Shown here piece by piece: positions 18,204 to 36,503 of a stretch of DNA of 64,000 nt. Positions within the stretch are counted from its first letter, which is position 1. Every line of letters starts with the position of its first letter. The stretch comes from Chrysomallon squamiferum. Lineage: Eukaryota; Animalia; Mollusca. Made by a program: the position numbers and the translations under genes. The notes under the pieces were generated by a model that worked only from the letters and a program-made list of their open reading frames with translations, ran no database searches and was not told the DNA's origin. Where the stretch lies: contig CM022676.1 in the NCBI GenBank assembly GCA_012295275.1, positions 3,844,001 through 3,908,000 of the forward strand, given 5' to 3'.

Positions 18204-18719
18204 TAATACTAATAAGAATAATGATGTGAAGAAGAAGTAGAACAAGAAGATGAAGAAGAACAGCAATATCCATAGCAAGACAAAATGCAATATGTAACTA
18301 ATTTATATACTGTATGATGTTTATATGAGTACATGTACGTTTGTATGTTTGTAATTTAGGACTGAAGAAGTAGATTATGGATAAAAGAAAAAAGAAAAAA
18401 ACTAGTTTTTAAAATGAGTGACTTGTGTGCAACCATGTAGAACAGGAAGGAAGAAAGAATTAAAATTGAATACATAGACTTATATTATCAAATAAATAAT
18501 ACACGTTAGTTAAATAATATTTTTAACTGATTAAAAACATTACAGGAAATAGATAAGACACATTAATGAAATTGTATTCTGTTCTTAACTGCATTTACTA
18601 CAAAAAGACAACAACAACAAAAAACAAAAAACAAGCAAACAGATACGTTCATAGATTAATATAATTGTCTTACCTGTGACAGTAGCTATAAAGAGAAAAC
18701 AGAACAAAATGACAGCCAT
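16055..18719 (-). CDS. G4: signal peptide + F-type lectin + PAN/Apple, 227 aa as assembled (frameshifted C-terminal tail)
   Basis: Exons 18674-18719 (MAVILFCFLFIATVTG), 17933-18142, 17151-17384 and 16055-16248. An A7 run (16078-16084) shifts the tail from the paralog-like NSATDNFVGFI* to IQRRIIS*. All four PAN cysteines precede the shift. Confidence 0.85.
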
Positions 18720-18904
18720 AATTCTGACTTGTTTAAAACAAATGTCCCAGAGTTCAGTCTACATGCTAGTTACTCTGCTTATATATATCTGTTTCTTCTT
18801 TTTCCTTTGTCTGTTTAAAAAAGAACTGCTTTTTCCTTCTCGTTTTTACTTCTTTATATAATGTTTTTCCTTCTAAATTACCCTAGTCCAAAGAAGTGCA
18901 CTTC

Positions 18905-18935
<31 letters not shown>

Positions 18936-20132
18936 CATACAAAGCGTTTCAGAATAAGATCCCTTGTGCTACGTCTGCAGATTCTTCAGAGACAGTTTAA
19001 TTATAAACTCACATTGAATCAATCTTCACTGTCTTTCGTATTAATTATGAAATTAATTTTAGATCGATTTTTTCTCTGCAAACAGTTTCAGTTCACAGAA
19101 ATGAAGAGCTAATAAAAAGTTATACAGTTTACAATGTAACGATCGTGTTTAAGTCTTGCATCTGAAGCACGTTTATTGCAATGCATAATATCAATACTGC
19201 AGCAGAATATCAATTTTATATTTTACCTGAACTTACTGTACAAATACTCCATGTGTTATTTGCATTTGCCTTGAAAAACTCTTTAGTTTATGATATCTGC
19301 GTTTCCAAAAAAAAAAAATATATATATTTTATGTTAATACAGAAAAGCTATCTTTTATGTTATAGATTCTTTTATTTGTTCTTTTTTCTTTATTTAATTA
19401 ATTCAATTTAAAAAAAAAAAAAAAACCCACACACACACAAAAAAAAACCATCTTGTTTATATCACTGAAGGTATTGTCTGGTTCCTTCAGTTCTGATTTT
19501 TTATCTTATTAATTAAATTCCTAAAGGTACTCATAGCAATGCATCAAGATCGATAACTCTGTCAACAGCATACCCGTTTGATGATGAAGGAAAATAAAAT
19601 TAAAAATAAAGAAATGCATAATATTAATAGTTATAAGAGATTACTTTTCCATTTGAATTCATTGCAATTATAAACTTTTGTTTTGAAAGTATCGAGATCG
19701 ATAATTTGATAATGAACATAGACATTTTATAAAATAATAATAATAATAATAATAATAATATTACAGAACACACTTAGGCTTAACTTTTGAAGAAAGATAT
19801 TTCAAAGAAAACAGTAACGGAAAGATTAAAAGAAAAATAGGAAACAGGAAATAAAAAAAAAAAAAAATCTTCAGTCCATATTGCCGTAATTTCTTCCCGA
19901 GTATCTCTGCATTTTACTGAATAAAAATTACAGACATCAGTGAACTTATTGATAATTTATTTTACTCTAACGGTGAAGATGCATATCGCTGCAATATAAT
20001 TAATGAAATGGAAAAAACTTTAAATGATTTTTTGAAAATCGTTATCCAGTATTACTATAAATAGCTAGACTGTAGTCATGCGATGTAAAGACGTGAAAAC
20101 AATTAAGAAGATGATGACGAGAACAATAACAG

Positions 20133-20163
<31 letters not shown>

Positions 20164-20208
20164 AACGACAATAAAAACAACAACAATAACAACAACAACA
20201 ACAACAAC

Positions 20209-20261
<53 letters not shown>

Positions 20262-20399
20262 AATCCATAATTTACGAAGATTGAAAACAGGAAATGAAAT
20301 CAAAACCATTAATAACATTTTATATGATATCTATATTTACTGAATGATAATTATAAACAGTTGCATCGTTTATCAAGATTGTTTTGTTTGCCGGTATAT

Positions 20400-20440
<41 letters not shown>

Positions 20441-20950
20441 TGTGTGTTTGTGCGTGGGTGTTTGACTTTCTTTTACGATGGTATATCCCTTTATTTTAGT
20501 ATGTCCAGTGACCTGAAAGACAAGTTACAGTTGACAGTTCCAGCCTATTCTGACAGAGCAATATGCTTATAAAGTTAATTATATTTCAGATTGTATTTCT
20601 CAAGGTAATTTTCCAATTTCTGCAAATAACTATTTGATGTTAACATCTGATAACCTGGCACTGTAGTAGGTCCTACAAGGAATTTTTCTTTTTTTTTAAT
20701 CAAAACATTTTTTTTAATGAAATATATGCCATTATTCAGCAGAATAAGTTGAAATGTTCTAAAAAAAAAAAAAAAAAAAAATAAAAAAAAAAATTAAAAA
20801 AATGTTGAACTGATTAAAATCCGCAACACAGTGATCACAAATTATCACCCTTGAATCTGCAAAAGGGTGATCACAAATTATCTCCCTTGAAACTTCTAAT
20901 AGCTGCTTTCTTGAAACAAATATATAAGTATTTTATAATAGCTGGTGCTC

Positions 20951-20988
<38 letters not shown>

Positions 20989-20992
20989 ATAA

Positions 20993-21031
<39 letters not shown>

Positions 21032-21859
21032 AAATATTATTAATACCGTTTTTGTTAATCATGTATTTCTTCAATCTTTGAATTTAACTGTAAGTCTGTT
21101 AACACACATACGTCGCTCGTAGTGTCCTCCTCAGCCCATTTATCTGCCCTATTTCTTTGACGTCACGTAATTACAACGTAATGACATCACAACCGGAATG
21201 CTTTCTGAACGTAAATTACTTAACACAGTAATTTTTTTTTTTGATATATGGTTAAGAAATATTTCTTTAATCGTTTCTGCGTACGGAGAAAACAATTTGC
21301 AAACAAGGAAACAACAATCTTAATTGTTTACGTGAAAACTACATACAGTTGTGACTATCTGTCGTTATATTTAATTGTAGTCATAATTATTTATCGTCAG
21401 GCACGACTGCACGTGTTCTGAAGCGAATCTTTTATTTAATCTTTACTCAATTGTTTCTTGTAATTTTCTGTATCTCTCTTTGTGTATCTTCTAAATTTAA
21501 GATCAGTGGAGAATTATTTACTTTTAGAGATATTCCCTGGTACGTGTAAATATAAATATGTAGGTAAATGACACAGATCAATGAATGGATGAATATTTAA
21601 AGACACATCAGCACAAACAATAGACTGGTTTACTGGGTTTCATTAGGCTGTGACGAAGTCTCAATTACCGTGACGAGTACCAGTGTGATCTGGACAACAG
21701 TTATGAGTCTGTTGTGTTGTTAGTTCGTTATCTTTCAGAAGTATGTCTCCCACCGATCGTTTAGTTGATTTTGATGATGATGATGATGATGCATGAACAC
21801 GACGACTACGACGACGATGATGATGATAATGATAATGATAGTAACATGAACAACAACGA

Positions 21860-21930
<71 letters not shown>

Positions 21931-22458
21931 CTCGTAATGATGAAGTTTGATGATACAGATGGTAACGACGGCAGCAACAGCAACAACAATAACAATAAGA
22001 AGAAGAAGAAGAACAAAAACCGTGATAAACCGTAACACTTTTTATTGATCTATGGCCTCACATTGCATAATAAACTTATTATCATTTAATAAAATAAATA
22101 AAGGAAGTAAGAAAGATGAAGATAAGGAATGAGGAAACAGAGTGGAAAAAATGAAAATCATATCAATCGACAGAGTCGTGATTTCTGTCAGATAATCTAT
22201 ATATCTTAAATAATAAAAACAAAGGTCAGTGACTATATTGATAATATTCTTCTATATTAAACATATATTACAGCTAAAAGAAAGCTTTTATGTAGTTGCA
22301 TTTAATTAATGAAAAGGAAATACGTATGACGGTGTTTCTATAAATAGCTAAACTGTGGTCACATGATGTAAAACTTGTCCAAAACTGAACTCTTCGTTAA
22401 GACACGCTGCTCAACATGAGTAATAGGTGTACATTTTGCGACTAATAAACTATTTTTT

Positions 22459-22489
<31 letters not shown>

Positions 22490-22656
22490 TTATCATTTTA
22501 ATTAAGATTAAATTACGCTTTACGACTATTAAACTTATATAAACAAATATTATTGTTTATTCACATCGGCAGATGTAACCTTACATTAATTGATAAATTA
22601 TTGACGTCATTCTCAAGAACTGAATGACATCATCACAGAATTAAATTCTAACATTG

Positions 22657-22901
22657 TCACACTGTAACAAAACCAAAGAAACCATCAGGCGATGACGTCG
22701 TAGAAGGTTTGTCTTGATACAAAATGCATTCCTTAGTAGAAGGTTGCCATAGAAACGAACGACATATTTCCCTGGACAGACAGAAGCTAGAGCACTCAAG
22801 TTTGCTTCTTGACTTGCGACGTAACATTTCTGATGACGCGCCGCGTTTTGCGTCTACGTGAAAATATTCTGTAAAATAATAATAACTATAATAATAATAA
22901 T

Positions 22902-22992
<91 letters not shown>

Positions 22993-23029
22993 ATGACACA
23001 AATATAATGGTTGAAGTAGTTGTGGAATG

Positions 23030-23077
<48 letters not shown>

Positions 23078-23155
23078 GTTCCAGTAATAGTAGATATAAT
23101 AATTATAATCTGTGTATCTATCTGTCTATCAGTCTATGTATATTCCATTATCCTC

Positions 23156-23254
<99 letters not shown>

Positions 23255-24365
23255 TACACTGTTAGACAAATGCACTCTTTCGCTTTTCATTATTATATAA
23301 ACTCGTAATATATATATACATCGTGTTTAAATTTGAATCGTAAAGAGCCATGGCAAAAGAAACCCACAAACAACAACAACAACAACAGCAACAACAACAA
23401 CAACAACAACAAGAAGAATAAGAAAAGAATAAAGTAATGATTTGTACATACGTTCTAACGCTCCGAATACTTCCACCTCACACAGTGTCAAATTTTTAGG
23501 CGTGTCACTCTCGTACGCAGTGTCCATATAAACCTCCCTAGCTTTGAATGGGCGTGGTTTTACTAAGTCCAACACTTCGCCAACGGCGAGGGTGCCTCCG
23601 TTGTAATAAAAACGCTCGGTGACTTCATCTCTGGCGGACGCGTCAACGTACAGATGTGACGGCGGCGGACCTGGAGAATAAAGAAGTAAAATAACAGAAG
23701 TAAAATAACATAGAGAGACGTAGATTAATAATACAGAGGAGTAAATGAGCAAAATAAACTATAGACAGGTATATAGATAGACAGATAGACAGACATACTG
23801 ACAGACAATAGAGAGATAGATAGAGAGACAGACTGATAGATAGTAGAGAGATAGACAGACAAACTATAGACAGGTAGACAGACTGACTGATAGATAATAG
23901 AGAGATAGATTGATATGTGTTCGTATGAGAATAAAAGTAAGTACAGCAAATAAAAAGCAAGTACATTTATTTCCAGCTTATCGGCTCAGGGACATGCTCT
24001 GTGTTATCAAACACACACACACACAGACACACACACACATTCATACGCACACTCACACACACACACACACACATTCACACACACACACACACTCACACAC
24101 ATGCACACTCACACACACACACACACACAGAGGAAATTAGGCTGTTGATAACAGAGATAGATAAACAAACTAATGGGTTTTACTAAAGAAGATAAGTAAG
24201 AAATTTAGCAAATATGAATGTAAGTAAGAAATGACGTAAAGGAAAGATTTAGAAAATTTTAGTTTCTTTATCTATCCCTGTAATCAACTACCTGTCCATC
24301 TATCTATCTAACTATATACATACATATATATACACACATTCATTCAAATATATATATATATATAT

Positions 24366-24436
<71 letters not shown>

Positions 24437-24726
24437 TTAGTAGAAGAACCATTCATACTTCATTCTGACTGTCTTAAATACAACTTTCTACTGGTAATTT
24501 CAATGCAACATACCATCCATGCTTGTCGTTATTCTTATTCGCTTTATGGAGTAGTGAACTCCCAAATCCAGACTCCACGACGAAAATGCTACGGCTTCGG
24601 TTGAAGAGCAGGATCCGCCGGCTAAATAGGGGTTTGTGTTTCCGTCCACGGCTCTCGAGGCAACAGCATCTCCAGCTGTTGATTTTTGTCTTGCACGTTT
24701 TCCCCGAGCTATATTTTGATAACCTT

Positions 24727-24791
<65 letters not shown>

Positions 24792-25102
24792 GAAGAAGAC
24801 GACGATGATGATGATAATGATGATGATGAAGATAACCATACGATCATGTAAAAGAATTTTCATATATTTGTTATACTATTGTACTAATAACATAAATGTA
24901 AAAAAAAAAAAAATAATTAAAAACGAAATAACGTAATAAAACATAAACTAATATAAACATAAGATCATATGATGTAATATAATGTAATATTATATGATTT
25001 GAAATAATATAATATAATATATAAAACATACATTACTAAAATACAACCATTCTGACCTGAAACAGCAGTTAAAAAGAAAAACCAGCAAAGAACGATAGCC
25101 AT
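22657..25102 (-). CDS. G5: signal peptide + F-type lectin + PAN/Apple, 228 aa
   Basis: Exons 25057-25102 (MAIVLCWFFFLTAVSG), 24514-24723, 23452-23670 and 22657-22868. Exon lengths 46/210/219/212 as in G2; open frame; GT-AG phase 1. Confidence 0.93.
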
Positions 25103-25360
25103 AGCTTTGCTTCGTTCAAATCTCAAAAGTCTTTCTAAGTCCTTGTGTTACAGTCGCTTATTTAATGTACTACGTTATCTCCCGTTGCACCTAATTATAT
25201 AGCCTGTGATTTGCTATTTGTCTACTGTATGAAAAGTGTAAGTTTGAAAACATAAAATCAATAGCAGCTGATCAATGTTCAGGAAGGAAATGGACTGTCT
25301 TCCTTGCACAGATTTACAGTACAGGAAGTTTCTTTCAGCATCGTGAGAAATCAGAAATTA

Positions 25361-25447
<87 letters not shown>

Positions 25448-25705
25448 CATTACTGTTGTTTTTGTTATTGTTGTTGTTGTTGTTTTCATTATGTTTTGTT
25501 TCAGTTATTAGGAAGTCAATTAAGCTATGTTATTGATGTTATCTTCAAATCATTTTTCTTAGGCTGAGACAATACTGACATGCACACAGATACATGCATT
25601 CGCACACAACAAATATACAAAAATATCAATGGATATATTAAAAAAACACACCTATATATATCTAGAAAGGAAAAAGTGCTCGTAGTAACATAACAAATAA
25701 ACACA

Positions 25706-25774
<69 letters not shown>

Positions 25775-26358
25775 ACATACGCACATTGCACATACCTGCA
25801 CATTTATGTATGTTCACCTACCATCAGTCACATCAATACACACACATACAAACAGTTATGCACACAATCATATTCACACAACTAAACACGAAATATTATG
25901 CACACCTATACACATTGATAGTAACGCATTCGAATTCAGATGCAAAAATACGACTGCATAAAAAACCGAAAGAAACACAAATCTGCAGACTCACGAACCC
26001 ATTATAGTAGCAAACAAATGTTTTGCATACTACTGTGGAACCGTTGTACTTTTAATCAAGACTGCAGTCGTCGTATTATGAGTTTTTTCATCGTCAGTGC
26101 CAGAAACCATTAACGACGACAAAGTAAACGTAGTTGAGTACGTAGAAATAATGAAGTATTGATGAAGGTAGAACACGTACAAAGATACTTTATTGTAGTG
26201 TTAAACAAAGATTTACATTGCAAGCTGTGCGTTGACATGGACTTTTGAATACACAAATAACAAAATAAATCCACAAAGGAAAAAGTGCTCGTAGTCACAT
26301 AACAAATGAACACACTCATATATATATATGCACTCTTTCTTATTCTTTTTCTATCATT

Positions 26359-26461
<103 letters not shown>

Positions 26462-26638
26462 TTTTTCTCTCTGTCTTTCCGTTTCCCTACCATTCTGTGT
26501 TTGTGTTTTTATCAATATCTTTCTCCTTTTCTCTCTCACTTACTCTTCTTCTTCCCTCCCTCTCTTCGTCTCTTTCTCACAAACACAAAGAAAAAATGTG
26601 CAGTAAGGTGGATTTATCTATAGCGTTTAAGTATGAAC

Positions 26639-26681
<43 letters not shown>

Positions 26682-27012
26682 GTTGTTGTTGTTGTTGTTG
26701 TTGTTGTTTTATCAACTGTGTTTTGGTTACATGATGCAAAGTTTAATTATATTATAATGATACTATAATAATTTTATCTTGATATTTTAGCATCGATTGA
26801 AATTATAATCATCAATTAATGACGTCATTATCGACATACTAAATGTCCTAATCCACATTTGAGACATGTCCTCTTGACAAATTCATAACGTCATACTGAC
26901 TAATTTAAGATGACACTGAAATGAATAATGTCCATCAAAATCGTTTGTGACGACATAGTGAGGTCACTTTCAATAACTTAGTGACGTCACATCATGGCGT
27001 TAAATTGCGACA

Positions 27013-27178
27013 CTACTTCTCTGTAACAAAACCCAGGAAACCATAACGCGATGTCGTATTCGAAGGTTTGTCTTGATAGAGAATACATTCCTCAGTAGAC
27101 TGTTCGTATAGAAAAAAGGACATATTTCTTTACACAAACAGAAATCAGCGCACTCAATTTTATATCTTGTCTTGTCAC

Positions 27179-27238
<60 letters not shown>

Positions 27239-27611
27239 CGATTATTATGATAGCAGAAGTAGAAAGAATAATAAAATTAGAAGTAGTTGTAGTAGCAGTA
27301 GTATTAGTAGCAGTAGCAGTAGTAGTACTAATAGTCATAGTTGTATCAGTATTATTATTAGTAGTAATGCTCTGCTATTATTAATAATAATATACACGTT
27401 CGGAAAAAGATCCAGTAAGATATTTTATGTTACAGTTTGGTTATAATGTATGGAAAGAGTGTCAAAGATTTAGACATCACTAAGTGAATAAAACCCAGAA
27501 ATTAAATTTAAAGACGGGAGGCTATTATGTAACGGCTCTTGAGGCAACAGCATCTCCGACATTGCAATATTTGTCTTGCGTACTTGCCTCGAGCGATATT
27601 TTGTAACCCTT

Positions 27612-27665
<54 letters not shown>

Positions 27666-27896
27666 CAGTATAAAAAAAATAAGAAGAAGATGATGATGAT
27701 CACGATGATAATCAAATAATCAAGTAACCCTTTATAATAATAATGATAATAATAACAGTATAAAAAAAAAAAGAAGAAGATGATGATGATCACGATGATA
27801 ATCAAATAATCATGTCATGAAATGATGACCAATGACAAAGCAGGTCAGTTAAAATTACAATATTATTACTTTTAATTTTGTACTAATTATACAAAT

Positions 27897-27928
<32 letters not shown>

Positions 27929-28201
27929 AATAAAATAAAATAAAATAAAATAAAACAAAATAACGTTATATAACATAATGTAAAGCAAAGTAACGTAATG
28001 TATTATAGTACAGTATAATATAATTTGATATGAAATGATGTGATATATGATACAATATTTGATATATAATACGATATAACGTAACGTACTGTTACGTAAT
28101 GTAACATAATATGCATAACTCTACTGATGCGTTAACACATGAAGAATATTCTCACCTGCAACAGCAGTAATACAGAAAAGACAGCAGAGAATGAAATTCA
28201 T
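27013..28201 (-). pseudogene. G6: degraded F-type lectin + PAN/Apple paralog
   Basis: Exon 1 intact at 28156-28201 (MNFILCCLFCITAVAG|gtgaga). Exon 2 remnant ~27530-27608 (GLQNIARGKYARQILQ, +1 shift, VGDAVASRAV, then homology is lost). No intact exon 3. Exon 4 remnant 27013-27178 lacks its 5' ~17 codons and has a 1-nt shift (KTRYKIECADFCLCKEIC...STEECILYQDKPSNTTSRYGFLGFVTEK*). Confidence 0.88.
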
Positions 28202-29325
28202 AATTTCACTTGTGAAATCTTCAATTGGTTAAAACACTAACTCCGTAAAAATCTCAAAGTCTTTATTGCTTATAATACTTATGTTACAGTCAGTTACGTA
28301 ATATGTTACGATATCTTCCGATAGAACAAACTCTACGGGTTGTGATTAGCTGCATAATCAAGATCGATCAATATCAGATGATCAATACTGTTAAGACAGT
28401 TGATTGGCTTCATCATAACCGATTCAGGACAAAGGATTTTTATTGCAACCCGAGCAGAACATGATACAGTAATTTTATAAATGGACTGGACTATAACGAT
28501 GTAATGGATAAGATCAAGCGAAAAAAAAAAATGTAGAAGAAGAATGAAAGAAAGACATAAAGAAAGAAAGAATTATAATAATAATGCTAGTGTAAACGAA
28601 ACTGATGATGACGTTGCTGATGTTGACAATGGAAGATGATGATGATGACTTCAGTTATTAAACCGAGGAACAAAAAAGCAGGAAGGAAAATATAAAACGA
28701 CGAAGATGGCAACGATGATTACAAAAGTTTAATGCAGATGCACCCAAAGCTGTATAAACCATAAATATAAATCAGTCTACAACTAAATAAACCCGATAGA
28801 ATATTATTGAACAAATGACAACAAGAACAACGTAAGCAAAAAAAAAAAAATAAATAAAAAAAAAATTAAAAAAAGAAAGAAAAAAAAGAAAGAAAAAAAA
28901 AAATAAAGAATAAAGAAAAAGAAAAAAAAAAAAAAAAAACAAAGAAAGAGAAATGCAAAACAAAACAAAAGAAAGAAAAAAGAAACAGAAAAACACGAGA
29001 CATCGAGATAATTCTATTGATCCATTTCGACTTACAACTTTTGACTTCATCATCGACATAGCTGAAGAAGGTAAAAAAAAGAACGATGTGTACGCAGTCG
29101 TCGTATTATGTGATTTTTTAATTGTGTCAACATCCGTAGCCGAGATTGTCTGAATCTACAGGAGCGTGAATTCGCGGTCATACACAAATATTGATAAAAG
29201 ATGTAGGATTTATAAAGATTTCTCAATGAATGATAAACATAAATAGATTTGATTGTGTACTTAAAGAAATACACTGAAAATTCAATAAACTTCTGGAAAA
29301 GGAAGTATATATGTACGTATTTATG

Positions 29326-29379
<54 letters not shown>

Positions 29380-29757
29380 CATATGTACTTTAGTAGTAGT
29401 ACTTTGTTGTTGTTATCTTTTAAGTAATCAACTGAAATTTTGTTACTTTAGATCTGTTTTGTCTCACACAAGCATATATATTCGTATGTATAAACACACA
29501 CACACATCGTAAAAATAGTTTAATAATAGTAGCCGCTAATGATATTACTATTTAATGTAATAAATTAATGACGTCATTAAAAACATACTAAATGTCCTCA
29601 GTCCATATCTGAATCAGAAATTTATTGACGTCATGTTGATTAGTGTAGTGATGTCATTGCAACTCCGCAATATTTTTGTGATGTCAGTATCAGTTAATTA
29701 GTGATGTCATTCATAGCCGCCTTTATGATGTCATCGTCGCGTTAAATTGTAACATTG

Positions 29758-32281
<2,524 letters not shown>

Positions 32282-32870
32282 TATTTTACACGTGAAATCT
32301 CCTCTTATTTGAAACATTAAATTCCCAGAAATGTCAAAATGTTTTATTGTTATATTACTTATATTATTTTCACTTTATGTCATATATTTACTTCCTAGAA
32401 AATGAACACAAATATTAGTTATGTTGTACCTTCTTCTATATTATTATTGTTTTGTTTCTTTGTTGTTTTCGTTTTTTTTTTCTTTTCTGTTGTTTTTAAT
32501 CTGTGTCCTTCTTTTTATATATTCGCTGATATCCACATTGTATTTGAAGAAATCGTAGTCTTTGCTAAATATAATAATTTCACTTTTGTTCTGTCCATTC
32601 ACGCATTAAATAAATCACTGATATTATGTCCACAGTTTAACACACTCGTCGACTATTAATTCCAGATGTGTATCAACCTCAACAGAATTCACACTTTCTT
32701 TCACATAAATCGCTTATATTACATCCACCAACTTAATTCATAAATCTAACAAAAATGCAATGTTGAAAGTCTTTGTTATATCACTGTGTTAGATCCTAAA
32801 CATTTAATATATTAATTTTGTTATTAATATCATCCGACAGTCATATATATCACGTGTGTTAAATCCAGAG

Positions 32871-32902
<32 letters not shown>

Positions 32903-35349
32903 CTCTGTTATTTTCACCAATTTGATATGTTAGTCTGATATTAATATTACAGGTACAAGCTATACACCAACCCTCTGTTTTATATAGACATATGTCATGT
33001 TAAATCCCGTGTCTTAATATATTTCAACTCTTACGAGACTGAATACTCCCTCTTATCTATATCACTGTTGTTATACCAGGTGATTTGGTAACCTTGACTG
33101 CCACTTTCAAAGAAATCGCATAGTCTCGTATATAAGTCAGTTATATATTTTTCAAATACGTCTTGTGATTAGTTGCTATTTCGATTACCTATATCTATCG
33201 TACAATAGATGACAATTTGTAGATACTAAATCAATATCGATTAATTTGCTTCGTTGCTGAGATTTCGAATAAGAGACTTATTTTTTCTTTGTTAATCTCC
33301 AGAGATTAGGAATGATTACACTAGATTAAAATGCTAATGTTGTAAATACCTTTATAAACAGGTGTTTTAAAATTGATTAAACCACAGTGATGGCGAAGAA
33401 GAAGAAGGAGAATAACAACAACAACAGCAAGAAAAAGAAGAAAGAGAACAACAACAACAACAAAACGAAGAAGAAGAAGAAAAAAAAAAGAAGAAGAAAT
33501 AATTACTATTATAATGATGGATGTGAACATGAAGGAGGTTCTGATATGAACGATGATGAAGACGTAAGTAATGAAAGTGCAGAAGAAGAAGAAAGACATG
33601 GTGAAGATGAAAACAGTGATATGAACAAGAACAGCGACAAAACGTTAATGGTAGCCATGATAGTATGATGGTAATGAAGATAATATTGAAAAAAGTGAAG
33701 ATAACGATAATGATGATGATAAGGATGATGACAATCTTAATTATTATTGTTTGTGTTGTTGTTGTTGTTGTGTTGCTGTTGTTCCTGTCGTAGTTATTAT
33801 TATTGTTGTTGTTGAAACATTATTAAAGTTATTTTGAAATGACAGTTTAAACATGCTCATACAACTATAGCTACACACTTACACGTACAAACAGTTAAAT
33901 ACATACACACATATTAAAACTATATAAGCATATCAAAGCACAGTTTTACACACGCACGCACACCCACACATAATCAGAGTCACAAGATAGAAAAGCAGGC
34001 ATATAACACAAAATCATACTAACAGACAGACACACAAACGTAAAATACACACACAATCAGAATGCAGCAAAAGAAACAACAGGTAATAACCAGAATAAGC
34101 AAAAAAAAAAAAAGAATTTTCGGGATCCATTTTGATTTGAGGTTTTTGACTTCGTAATCGATCTTGTTCTAACACGTTAAAAAGAACCTTTGGAGTGTTT
34201 ACATTTTCATCAGGCGACGTCGTGAAAAGTGCTGCCTTTGTCGTGCCAAGTGTTCTTTTACTAATTGTCAATGCCAACACACTTAGCGAAGATAAAGTAA
34301 ATATAACTGATAGTAAATACGCGGTCATTCAGAAATATGGATTACGATATTGTGTGTGTATATTTGTATTTATATATGTGTATGTATATTTGTACGTACG
34401 TGTGTGTATGTATGTATGTATGTGAGTGTGTGTGTGTGTATGTGTGTGGGGGGGTGGGGGTGTATATATATATATATATATATATAAAGATTCTTCAGTA
34501 TGAACTACAGTTGGTATATTTGTAAATACCCTTTGTCGTATATTTAAACAAATACATTAAAAGCTGAAGATCTCTCAATAACGATGTTGGTGTTTTTCTA
34601 ATGGTCACATCCCTGTATTTATTTATCAGGTCAAGAACCATTCAGAAATTCAAAGCAGAAACGTAAATAACAGGGAAATAAGAAAAAGAAATCGAGGAGA
34701 AAAGTTGCTGAAGGAAAGATGTTAAATGGTTCTTGAGTTAACCACTTTTATAACATTTTATTTAACTTTTTTTGTTAAAACTGTTGTCTGTGCAGTCGAA
34801 AAAAATAAAATAAAAAGAGAGAAAACAAACGAGCAGAAAAATATAAATAGAAAAAAAAGAAGAATGGAAGTAATAAAAATAAAAAAAAAAAAAAAAACAA
34901 GGAAAGGATTTTCACCAATCACTGGTGTACACATGTTTTCACTTTCCCTCTTGACGTATGTTTTAAAGCTTATTGATCTGAACACAATAAGATTTCATGA
35001 AGCGAAGAAAAGGTATTACAACACATTCATAGAAAGTGGTAACTGGTTGTAATAATATCTCAAAATATCTGAAACTGAAGAACCTTGAGTTAATGTTCTG
35101 AGATATTGATAACAGATAATGCACAAGTCCTTTTCTAAAAAAATAATTCCCTGTACTTTTGTTTCTTTGTCTCTTTGTTGTTATTGTTGCTCTTTTATTA
35201 TTTATTTTTTTCGTTGTTGCACTTCACTTAAGGGAAACTTTATTGATTTTGATTTTTGTTTCTTTTTTAAGGGATTATTATTATTATTTTTTTTTTTCAT
35301 TTATTTTCTGATTGATTATTATTTTTATTTATTTCAGTTCTATTTCTCT

Positions 35350-35390
<41 letters not shown>

Positions 35391-36215
35391 TGTATTTGTT
35401 TGTTTGTTTGTTTGTTTGTTTGTTTATTTATTTATTTATTTATATACTGTTTCATTTTTATCGTCATTTATTTATTCAATTACTCATTTAATTATTCTCT
35501 TACAGAACAAAGACAATACGATATTTAAAAGTGTTTGAAGAACCTGCTAGCAATCAGTAATGCGAAAAGTCCTAAAAGACTGAGTATCCTTGCAATTACT
35601 AGTTCGTTATTATTAACCAAATATTTGTTTTACAAAATACATGAATATAGAATTTGATATATATTCTGTCGACATATAATTGTTTTCTTTTATTACATAC
35701 ATACATTTTTCTGTTTTTTAATTATTATTATTATTTTTATCTTTTTTTAATTTTATTTATTTATTTATTTTTTTGGTTTATTCTGTTGGGTTTTTTCATG
35801 AGGGGAACACTAATACAAGTATCAACTATTGAAATTAGATGCATTTAGCAGGTGGTTTTTTTTTCGGTTTTCTTTGGATTGTTGTTGTTGTTTGTTTTTT
35901 TTTTTTTTTTTTTTTTTAATTTTAATTATTATTATTTTTTTTTAAACTGGTCATTTGCAATAAGCTTCACTGTAGAAAATTCTTTACTATGGAACCATTC
36001 TTAAACAGTTGAATGACCTTTGTAAAAGATCCTCTATGAACGACATATATCTAATACGTTACTGAAGTGTTTATACAGAGTGTGTGGAAATTGTCAGTGT
36101 TTAAGTACAGGTATTGGAAATCAATCATCTTTGACTCGATCATTTACACTTGGTGGTTTAGTTCAACGTTTTATTAAGAGGTTAATATTATTTGTCAATA
36201 GTCGATGCTATACAC

Positions 36216-36274
<59 letters not shown>

Positions 36275-36412
36275 GATGATGATGATGAGAGAGAGATGAT
36301 GATGATGAGAGAGAGATGATGATCATGACGATGATGAGAGAGACATGATGATGATAATAATGATGATGAGAGAGATGATGATGAAAGAGATGATGATGAT
36401 GATGAGAGAGAG

Positions 36413-36503
<91 letters not shown>

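Noticed and set aside
20831-20891. 25-bp direct repeat GTGATCACAAATTATC(A/T)CCCTTGAA; similar short duplications at 14161-14221, 25668/26277 and 40641-40763
   Set aside because: Two-copy local slippage duplications with no further structure.
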